In this document: piece by piece, positions 20,501-26,752 of the stretch | Numbering within the stretch: the first letter of the stretch is position 1 | Layout: each line of letters starts with the position of its first letter | NCBI GenBank assembly: GCA_963675745.2 | Contig: CAXXWX010000013.1 | Span: 1 to 64,000 of the forward strand | Direction: 5' to 3' | Origin: Phycisphaerae bacterium | Lineage (GTDB): Bacteria; Planctomycetota; Phycisphaerae; UBA1845; Fen-1342 | DNA: 64,000 nucleotides | Program-made: the position numbers and the translations under genes | Notes under the pieces: generated by a model | Told to the model about the DNA's origin: nothing | Database searches by the model: none | What the model saw: the letters and a program-made list of their open reading frames with translations, nothing else

Positions 20501-21045
20501 GAATCGAACAGCCCGGCGAGGATCTGGCGGGCTTGCTCGTATTGGCGTACGGCCTCACGGCGATCCTTGCGCCAGGAAGACACGTAGACACCTTGCGTTC
20601 GCTGTCCGCGCAGGAAGGTCGTGCCGCGTTTTGTTCCCCAGTGGGGAATCGTCATGTGCAACCCGGCCAGGAAACGCCGCCCGACGGCCTCTTCGAACGA
20701 GCCTTCCGTCTCGGCGATGTATTGCTCGGCCAGCGTCAGCCCATCGTCCCACAATTGCAGTTTAAGTGAACACGCCACAGCGCCTTCGACGGCGCGGCGC
20801 GTGTCCGCACTGTGCCAATCGGCGGCCAGGTCGCGGGCCCGATCGTACGCGGCACGCGCCTCGGCCCAATGCTCGTCGGCGAAGAGCTCGTCGGCCTCAT
20901 CCAGTTGGGTGAGCGGGTGGTCGGCGGATCGGTCGCCGCCCTGAGCCAGGCCGGCCGCCAGCAGGCCACCGGAGCCGGCGGTTGCCAATGTGATCCATAA
21001 CGCCAGCCAGAAACGTCGCCGCGGTCGGCAGTAGGTGCGACTCAT
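14530..21045 (-). CDS. Bacterial alpha-2-macroglobulin (MG2 domain) with N-terminal TPR-like region
   Basis: GGAGG RBS; VTDRPVYRP, FRVEEYKKPEFEV, LRTNFADTAVW, thioester motif YPYGCVEQ, EDMKPAGCEP, AMYAPEVRAIS. Confidence 0.95.
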   Translation of the reverse strand: MSRTYCRPRRRFWLALWITLATAGSGGLLAAGLAQGGDRSADHPLTQLDEADELFADEHWAEARAAYDRARDLAADWHSADTRRAVEGAVACSLKLQLWDDGLTLAEQYIAETEGSFEEAVGRRFLAGLHMTIPHWGTKRGTTFLRGQRTQGVYVSSWRKDRREAVRQYEQARQILAGLFDSLEIEADADARQRRETIIAERIGVNFDLASALAQRMPQQYGQWGCVGWWWDAEPDEDSDAVDEADYEEPRWWYGDAYNREPPTGIPLGPDGQPQFIKVPLEYSEHLGDGARIRFLLEEIRRLDTSETKDEAARALFRWAMVARSLYGPDTAALWRGYQTRYDQFGRPLPVDRDAGKPHKQIWELTDDEALTLAGGRLRVVTLPAAENPIALLRLLEEEYPGSTLRPEAQYARALYFQTRQQFPLAIAEYQSLIKRYPDHARCSAASQQIALIERPEAMLDTGAVHLPGGARLALSYRNCDKIDLTATRVDLAKYVQDTMEDTTKRWWEYRNIQWQFFNDDRWQKYVGDEAARWSEEVTLPYGNRVARAATDLPLTEPGAYIIEARAAGSDKVTRTLALVTDVAIVHKNMAGKGLIWVVDARTGQPLADKSVKVYEHWADWKNNKNRLHWESETAITNADGVVEYTRKHNEGNTQVDALVLGEGGQLAMSFFQNWSDHDPSAYVESGYRFYVVTDRPVYRPRHTVRFSVWVRLLNQGEYQKPQPNQTLSFEIVDPRNNVVKNGSATTDKFGCFSGDFTLDEEPPLGVWQIRINGQYPDARHNAGGLFRVEEYKKPEFEVTVKPAKTQARLGEKINAHIEARYYFGAPVVNAKVEYKVFRENYRHVYFGPGEYDWLYGKGYGRCYYPYPWFPWWGRWGGLICCESWWPGQWDFGPRYFSWGWYGDPGMQYMNRFQSGTRKALRELVARGTAKLKPDGTYDVEIDTGPALRDLPDRDHRYTVEVEVRDASRRTIEGRGSVTVTRQEFYAFVETDGGWYQPRSDGQVNVRTLTADNVPVAADGEVIIYRVRYGGAGNAEVQEEVLRRWDAATDADGRLAFRLPIPGEGQYRVTFKTRDSWGEDVLGNGVFWVAGPKFDGRVYRFNDLEIIADKRTYAVGDTGHLLINVAENNSRLLFSDAVSLGMLRNYRFIDIPSRTTTVDIPIEERHLPNFFVEGTLVRNGRVHTESRELFVPPVEKLLNVSITTNQPSYKPGETGVIRVEARDLSGEPVTGLVTLTAYDEAVTYIQDEFGPNPRTFYHGQKRYHRAQVDMSADQTFQPWGRFQRAEQAWHKWGAPDGWSGWWALPEKSGRLRALDTERNNKAPADSATIAATDEVRALASITEAPAVGGRGAGRDMGEAAYGFMAAEPMSRSSLHAGLDVGGPGTEALVEPELRTNFADTAVWLPSVKLGRDGVAEAEVEFPQSLTTWRVRGYALTATTQVGDATANAVTTKDLLVRLQSPRFFIERDEVVLSANAHNYLDSEKEVTAELVIPGELFATLADGDEVPATDEQGNLHLRARATVAAGDEHRFDWPVKVLKAGLAQITVKALTDEESDGMRMAFPVLVHGINKTVAQSGSYRVDQDGERTLKIDLPREIDPEQTRLEVTLSPSLAGVMIDALPYLVGYPYGCVEQTMSRFYPTVLVRHTLQKLGTDLETIGAQRRQMRADDLEHRFQRRPESPVFDTDELDRMVRAGLQRIYALQQNDGGWGWWRDDSSSPYQTAYVLQGLRAARDADIVIDGGVYDRGVNFLQNSVETELAKPEDQQRLGHIQTQAYIAYALSLDQRLAEDDLKKWVDRLYEQRDHLNNYGHVLLALAMHNQQRDKEARTLLRNVLQFVQRDDSNETAWVRTPQAHWWFWWNNDIETNSWTLRALVNIDPQNELAPRLVKWLLNNRRNGYYWRGTRDTALTIAAMADYMLASGEAAPDYELTINIDGKPLRSVNVNKDNFFTFDNRVMLYGLQVEPGEHVVTLTKSGSGALYYSCYLSYFTKEEDIKGAGNEIFIEREYFKLVPRTETVRLPDAGAAATPPANQPVALSQTGRTELRDVYTRVPLVNGDAVDSGDRIEVVLRITSKNVYDYLAFEDMKPAGCEPLELRSGGRWAGGLCANLELRDEKVVFFIGLLEQGEHVLRYKLRAETPGSFHALPTTGFAMYAPEVRAISDEMRLRVRD

Positions 21046-21121
21046 GTTCCGGTTCCTCCGATTGACAGGTGACGTGCGATACAAGCCTGGTGGCCCGCTG
21101 CGGCCGGTACTCCAGGTTTTG

Positions 21122-21146
21122 GACGCCGTCCCGGGGCAGATGTTCC
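21122..21146 (-). promoter_or_regulatory. Putative ECF-type promoter GGAAC-N16-CGTC upstream of alpha-2-macroglobulin
   Basis: Minus strand GGAACatctgccccgggacggCGTCcaa, about 75 nt upstream of the ATG. Confidence 0.5.
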
Positions 21147-21416
21147 CGGCCCGGCCGGACAATGCGGGAGAGCGGCCGGAGTGCCACTCGATCAGCGTCG
21201 ACACGCTCGTGATTAGACCGTGCCAGCGGGGCTGCGAGAACGATGGCCCCATCAACCCCGGTGCCTGGCTACGCGAGCAAGAGCGGCGGCTTGAGCCGCA
21301 CTCGGCCGGCGCACGGCGTTTCTACCAGCGCACGCGCCTGCGTGAGGCCATCACGCGGATCACGGCCCAGGCTCGCGCGCAAAAACCCGCCCAGCGCGGG
21401 TCGCGCCTGTCTCTCC

Positions 21417-22883
21417 CTACCCCTCCAGCACGATCGGATCGATGCCGAGCATCTCACCCGCCGTGGATAGCGCCGCTACGTGATCTCCGATGATCGCGTG
21501 AATGTGATTGCTGCTGTAGTTGTTGCGCAGAGTCGTGGGCGAGATATCGAACCGCGCGTAGGCGTGCGGCCACTCGTAGGTCGTCTGCTTGGCGAGCTTC
21601 TCTTCCATCTGGTGCGATACACGCTCGAAAGACCCAGTGAAGATGTGCATCAGATAGTGCCCGCGCCGCCGCACTATGCGGCCGAATGTGACCTTTTTAG
21701 CTGGAGCGGCGTAGAACTGCACGCTGCCGCCGCCGCCTCTGAAGTAGAAGTCCGACCCGGCGAAGATGCGGCACTGTTTCCAGTTTGTGCGCGGATTGGT
21801 GCTGCGCTTCGCAAACCACGGCGCATGTTGCCCGCTGTTGACCAGGTCATACAGCCCCTGCTTTTCGTGGTAGTGGCGCAGGTCGGCGAACAGCACCGGC
21901 GTGCCCGTCAGGTGGTGCATGAGCTGCATCGTCAGCGCACCGTTGCTGTCGCACTCGGTCGCGCAGATCAGCGGCTTTTTGCGCGGAGTTTCCCAGTCGC
22001 CGATGTCGTTGAGCAGAGCTTCCTGCACATCCGCGATGCAAAGGTCGGGCCACTCGGTCATGTCGAGCTGGCCGGTCAGACCGCAGAAGTCAATACCCTC
22101 GAGCTTGCAGAAGTCCTTCATCGCCAAATACATGCGCACCTGGCGCGCCAGCGTGCCGTTGAGTCCCGGCGTGAGTTTCTTGCCGTCCCAGCAGATTTCG
22201 CCACAGTTCTTGTCAAGCCACTTGAGCCCGGCTTGAACGCGATCGGGGGCCACCTTCTTTGCAAGCTGCCAGAGGTGCAGTTGACCGCGGTGATAAACGT
22301 GAACGCCGAACTGCTCCATCCACTGTGACGGGTCGATGTGCCCCGTGTACATGCCCATAGAGGGCCCGTCGAACTCGCCATAGCGCTGGCCGTGGAGCAT
22401 GGCGGCCGCGCGCTCGCCGCGGGCGCGCTCGTCCGGGTCATGGAGGTGCAGGAACTTTTCGACGTCCTGCTGCACGTCTTTCTTGCGGATATCGCCGAGC
22501 ACCCGGCCAAAGGGGCGGCCGATCTCATCGAGCGTGCCGGCCGAAGCAAAGAACGCGACCCAGCCCGGGTGCGAAGGCACGATGTTGCCCACCAGCAGAA
22601 TGGGAATGTCGGGAGGGATCAGATTCACGAATTGCGCCGTCAGATCCGGAAACGACCACACGCAGAAGTTGAGCACGATTACATCGGGGAACTTGGTCGC
22701 CAGCCGGCGTGCTTCCTTCTGGGCCGTGTCCCAATTCCACACGATTTTGCGGGCCGCGACCACGTCATGGCGTTTCTTCTTGAAATACGAGACCAGCCTT
22801 TCCTGATACATCAGGCAGTCTTTCTGGGTGCTCTTGGCGACGCGCGCGCGCCCGTCGGTGAACGTGACGATTCCGATCTTCAT
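21417..22883 (-). CDS. L-fucose/L-arabinose isomerase family protein
   Basis: GPSMGMYTG, ATECDSNGALTM, FADLRH, NSGQH, TTYEWPHAYARF, SNHIHA resemble FucI motifs. Confidence 0.85.
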   Translation of the reverse strand: MKIGIVTFTDGRARVAKSTQKDCLMYQERLVSYFKKKRHDVVAARKIVWNWDTAQKEARRLATKFPDVIVLNFCVWSFPDLTAQFVNLIPPDIPILLVGNIVPSHPGWVAFFASAGTLDEIGRPFGRVLGDIRKKDVQQDVEKFLHLHDPDERARGERAAAMLHGQRYGEFDGPSMGMYTGHIDPSQWMEQFGVHVYHRGQLHLWQLAKKVAPDRVQAGLKWLDKNCGEICWDGKKLTPGLNGTLARQVRMYLAMKDFCKLEGIDFCGLTGQLDMTEWPDLCIADVQEALLNDIGDWETPRKKPLICATECDSNGALTMQLMHHLTGTPVLFADLRHYHEKQGLYDLVNSGQHAPWFAKRSTNPRTNWKQCRIFAGSDFYFRGGGGSVQFYAAPAKKVTFGRIVRRRGHYLMHIFTGSFERVSHQMEEKLAKQTTYEWPHAYARFDISPTTLRNNYSSNHIHAIIGDHVAALSTAGEMLGIDPIVLEG

Positions 22884-23139
22884 TGGCCCGCTCCATTGAG
22901 GATGCCGAGTTCTCCAGTTGTCCCGCGAACCGTGTGCCCGCGCTCCGTACCGTGGCCCAAAGATGTCGCGCAACGCCCCGCGCGACAACCCACCGCGTAA
23001 ATATCGACGTTTCGGCGCAAAACGCAAGGCGGAAACCAGCGCCCGTCACCCGCCGAGCTTGAGCCGCCGTGCGAATCACCTACAATCACGGGTGTGTCAG
23101 AACTGACGAACCTCGCGTCGCGCTGCAAGGAGGGATCCG

Positions 23140-23916
23140 GTGTCCGCGCGTCGAAAACGCCCCGTGCTTTATGAGATCGTGCAGCGGACCCAGCGCCACA
23201 AGGCGCAGGGTTGGCGCGGACGCCTGCAATCAGCCAAGCCCGACCAGGCCGACGAAACCAACGAGGGCCCTGTGCCGGGCGGTGGCGCTGTTTCCACGGA
23301 TGCCCACCCGGAGTCGTCCACGCCGGCGCCTCCGGGGGGACGGCCAATCCGCATCGTCGGCCAACAACTGCACCTGACGCTGGGGTGGACTTCGGCGGCG
23401 GCCGCCTGCATCGCGCTCGTGTTTCTCCTGTGGGTCGCCTACGAGGCCGGCCAGCGTTCTGTGGCCGTACCCGCGCAGCCGGACGAGCGCGGTGTTACCG
23501 CGGGTGGAGACGCGCGGCGCGGCCCGGAGCCGAATGAGCGTAGCGGCGTCGCCGGCTACGTAGCGCTGCCCGACCGTGCTCCCCGCGCGCAACCCCCAGC
23601 CGAAACCGCTGACGAGCCGCCCCCCGCGTCCGCCAACCGGGCGGAGGACGTGCTCCAACGGGATATGTATTACGTCACGGCGCAGTATTTCCGGCGGTCG
23701 CGCACCGATCACGCCGAGGCCGCCGCCCGCTACCTGATCCAGAACGGTGTACCGGCCGTGCTGCAACATCGGCGAGCGGACATAGCGCTGATCATCAACC
23801 AGGCGTTTTCCACGGCCAACGATCCGGGGATAGCGCGATTGCGCGCCACGTTGCGTGAGCTGGGCAAGGGATTCGACGGATACGATTTCGCCCAGTCCGA
23901 AGTACACAAATACTGA
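23140..23916 (+). CDS. Hypothetical single-TM protein with Pro-rich linker and possible SPOR-like C-terminal domain
   Basis: AAGGAGG RBS before GTG; one TM helix; YYVTAQYF...AARYLIQNGVPA. Confidence 0.55.
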   Translation: MSARRKRPVLYEIVQRTQRHKAQGWRGRLQSAKPDQADETNEGPVPGGGAVSTDAHPESSTPAPPGGRPIRIVGQQLHLTLGWTSAAAACIALVFLLWVAYEAGQRSVAVPAQPDERGVTAGGDARRGPEPNERSGVAGYVALPDRAPRAQPPAETADEPPPASANRAEDVLQRDMYYVTAQYFRRSRTDHAEAAARYLIQNGVPAVLQHRRADIALIINQAFSTANDPGIARLRATLRELGKGFDGYDFAQSEVHKY

Positions 23917-23965
23917 ATCGAGACGGGGCCGCGCGTCACGCCCGGGCCACGCTGGAGAAACGGTC

Positions 23966-24274
23966 ATGTCACGGATTGAACAGTTGGAACGCATCGCGGA
24001 AATGTCACCCGACGACCCGCTTGCGCACTACGCCGTCGGGCTCGAGTTGAACACGCTCGAGCGCTGGACGGATGCGGTCGCGGCGTTTGACCGCGCCTTG
24101 GCGACGGATGCGGACTACTCGGCCGCGTATTTCCACAAGGCAAAGGCCCTGATCAAAGCCGGGCGCGGCGACGACGCTCGCCAGACGCTTACGACGGGCA
24201 TCGATGTGGCCAATCGCTCAGGCGACATGAAGACGGTGCGCGAGATGACCGACCTGCGCGACCTGATCCACTGA
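23966..24274 (+). CDS. Small TPR protein
   Basis: MSRIEQLE..SPDDPLAHYAVGLE, DYSAAYFHKAKAL, GDMKTVREM. Confidence 0.8.
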   Translation: MSRIEQLERIAEMSPDDPLAHYAVGLELNTLERWTDAVAAFDRALATDADYSAAYFHKAKALIKAGRGDDARQTLTTGIDVANRSGDMKTVREMTDLRDLIH

Positions 24275-24342
24275 CGTCGGTACCGGGCTTTGTGGCTTTC
24301 AGCGGGGGACAAAACAACTTCGACCTGCCAGGGCGACGGCGC

Positions 24343-24717
24343 ATGCGGCGACACTTTCTAATCTGCGGAGCGCTGAGCGCATTTGTGGCGGTAGCTGCCG
24401 GGGCCTTCGCCGCACACGCCTTGAAGACCCGTCTGGCGGACGACATGCTCGCCGTTTTCGAGGTTGGCGCGCGTTACCAGATGTACCACGCGCTGGCGCT
24501 GGTGCTGGTAGCCTGCCTGCCGTCTCGCGGAAGGGCGGGGGATGTGGCCGGCTGGGCGTTTCTGGTGGGGACGGTCCTGTTCTCCGGGAGCTTGTACACA
24601 TTAGCGCTGACCGGTGTGCGCGCGTTCGGCGCAATCACACCGATCGGCGGCGTGGCTTTCCTGGTTGGATGGGCGGCGTTCGCATGGATCGCCGTCGGTT
24701 CTCGCGAGCGTGCGTAG
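24343..24717 (+). CDS. DUF423 (YgdD/TMEM256) membrane protein
   Basis: AGAFAAHAL, RYQMYHALAL, LFSGSLY, ITPIGGVAFLVGW. Confidence 0.9.
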   Translation: MRRHFLICGALSAFVAVAAGAFAAHALKTRLADDMLAVFEVGARYQMYHALALVLVACLPSRGRAGDVAGWAFLVGTVLFSGSLYTLALTGVRAFGAITPIGGVAFLVGWAAFAWIAVGSRERA

Positions 24718-24823
24718 TCGTATTTCGGCAACGCCGGGAAGTCTCGCCACTGGCTTGGCCGCACCAACGTTTGGCTGTGGCTGCTGATTGCCTATCGCGC
24801 GCCAGACGGTATCGTACTGCGTC

Positions 24824-25654
24824 ATGGACACGTCACTACTGCCAGGGCTGCGGCCCGATACGAAACCCATCTTCGGAATGCTCCACCTCCCGCCTCTGCC
24901 GGGCGCGCCGCGCTATGGCGGCACCATGGACGCTGTGCTTGATGCCACTTTGCGCGACGCGGACACGCTGGTCGCCGGCGGCGTTGACGGCCTGCTGATG
25001 GAGAACTTCAACGATACCCCGTTCTATCCGGACCGTGTGCCGCCGTTCGTCGTCGCGCATATGACTGTGCTGGCGCGGGAAGTGGTCAGCCGCTTTGATG
25101 TGCCGCTCGGCATCAACGTGCTGCGCAACGACGGTCACGCGGCGCTCGCGGTGGCCCACGCTTCAGGGGCGGCGTTTATCCGCGTGAATGTGCTCGCCGG
25201 CGTCCGCGCGACCGACCAGGGCGTGATATCCGGCGTGGCCCACGAGCTGTTGCGCGCGCGGGCTTTTCTGGGGGCGGCCCACATCCGTATATTCGCCGAC
25301 GTCGATGTCAAGCACTCGGCACCGCTGGGCGCGCCGCGGGCGATTGAGGATGAGGTACGTGATACGCTGCACCGGAGCGGGGCTGACGCCGTGATCGTGA
25401 GCGGCCAGGGCACGGGCCGGCCGACAGATATCGATGCGGCGCGCGCCGTCCATGCCGCCGCTGACGGACGGCCGGTGATCATCGGCAGCGGCGTGTGCGT
25501 CGAGTCGATCCGGTCGCTTATGCCGTTCGCTGACGCGTTCATCGTCGGGACGGCGTTCAAGACCGACGGCTGTGTATCAAACCCGGTCGACCCCGCGCGC
25601 GTACGCGAACTCATGCAACACGCGCACGCCGCACCGTCTTCGAAAACACCCTAG
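24824..25654 (+). CDS. BtpA/SgcQ family TIM-barrel protein
   Basis: GMLHLPPLPGAP, ENFNDTPF, GINVLRND, ADVDVKHS, ADAVIVSGQGTG. Confidence 0.9.
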   Translation: MDTSLLPGLRPDTKPIFGMLHLPPLPGAPRYGGTMDAVLDATLRDADTLVAGGVDGLLMENFNDTPFYPDRVPPFVVAHMTVLAREVVSRFDVPLGINVLRNDGHAALAVAHASGAAFIRVNVLAGVRATDQGVISGVAHELLRARAFLGAAHIRIFADVDVKHSAPLGAPRAIEDEVRDTLHRSGADAVIVSGQGTGRPTDIDAARAVHAAADGRPVIIGSGVCVESIRSLMPFADAFIVGTAFKTDGCVSNPVDPARVRELMQHAHAAPSSKTP

Positions 25655-26403
25655 CCGATCTTTCCCACCGGGGCGACGTAGATTGCGAATTCGTCGTGAC
25701 CGTCAACGCGCAGCAGCGCGTCGACCTGGTCCTGGAAGTAGGCGGCGATGGCGCAGGTGCCGGCGCCGATGGCTTCGCTGGCCAGATAGAGGTTCTGGCA
25801 GACGTGGCCGGCGTCGAGCAGGATCGCCTTGGACGAACGGACCGTGTAACGCCATTCCATCCGATAGGGGATCGCCGCCCAGATGAACGTGGCCGCGGCC
25901 GTGGCCACAAAGCCCTGTCGCATGCACGCGTCCGCCATTTTGGCGGCCAGCTCACTGTCCGCAAACTCCAGGCACAGGGCATGATCGACCGGCAGATAGC
26001 GATATAGCCCCGGCTCGAGGTCGCCGACGCGGCTGACGACGATGTAGGTTTCCAGGGCGTGTCGCGCACCGGCCGATGGTGCCGTGCGAAACGACGCCAC
26101 ACCGTCGCCGAAGACCTTTTGCACGCCCTGCGTTGCCCAGAGCAGAAAGGCCAGTTCGTCGAGCGTGAGCGGGTCGGCGGTGAACTTCCGCCGGCTGCGG
26201 CGCTGATTGATGATGTCGATCAGCGGTGCCTGACCGAGATTGAATTGGTCGGGCGGTGTGAGCTGGATGAGCGTAGCATCCGCCGCCGGCGGTTTCTGCA
26301 TGGGCGGCACCGGGACGCCGCGCTGCTGGTCCGGCGGAAACCGCGCCACCTCATCCAGCGGCAATGCTTTCATAAACGCACGGTGTGATTCGATGTCAGT
26401 CAT
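25651..26403 (-). CDS. SagB/ThcOx-type nitroreductase family protein
   Basis: RRSRRKF, LLWATQG, RTAPSAGARHALE, LDAGHVCQNLYL. Confidence 0.88.
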   Translation of the reverse strand: MTDIESHRAFMKALPLDEVARFPPDQQRGVPVPPMQKPPAADATLIQLTPPDQFNLGQAPLIDIINQRRSRRKFTADPLTLDELAFLLWATQGVQKVFGDGVASFRTAPSAGARHALETYIVVSRVGDLEPGLYRYLPVDHALCLEFADSELAAKMADACMRQGFVATAAATFIWAAIPYRMEWRYTVRSSKAILLDAGHVCQNLYLASEAIGAGTCAIAAYFQDQVDALLRVDGHDEFAIYVAPVGKIG

Positions 26404-26570
26404 TTCGGCACCGTCGGGCGGCAGGCGGCGCTGGGGCCGGCCTGCCGCCGGGGGTTTCTCAGGCGGTCTGCGTATCAGTTCCGGCGGCAATTGGTTGTTG
26501 AGAAGGCACGCGACGTGGTGCTTCCCGACCCGGAACTTCCGTTGCGCGCATTATACCCCCTACGCGGCAC

Positions 26571-26710
26571 GCATGCCGACGCGAACGGCCGTCGGCATGG
26601 CACCCACTACACATGCCGACTCGAACAGCCGTCGGCATGGCACCCACTACACATGCCGACTTGAACGGCCGTCGGCATGGCACCCAGCGAATAACCGTCG
26701 GCATGGCGCC
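26571..26710. repeat. Tandem array of a 40-bp palindromic REP-like unit (3 copies plus a partial)
   Basis: Unit acatgccgac-N10-gtcggcatggcacccactac at 26571, 26611 and 26651; reverse complement begins GTAG. Confidence 0.85.
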
Positions 26711-26752
26711 GGGTCTGCGTGATATCGTGCAGTGCGGTAGAGCGATCGGCGA

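Noticed and set aside
25651..26403. Azole RiPP cluster around the SagB-like gene
   Set aside because: No YcaO, E1-like protein, precursor peptide or exporter nearby; stand-alone SagB-type nitroreductases are common.
26571..26710. CRISPR array
   Set aside because: Units are contiguous with near-identical 10-nt loops; there are no unique spacers and no cas genes.
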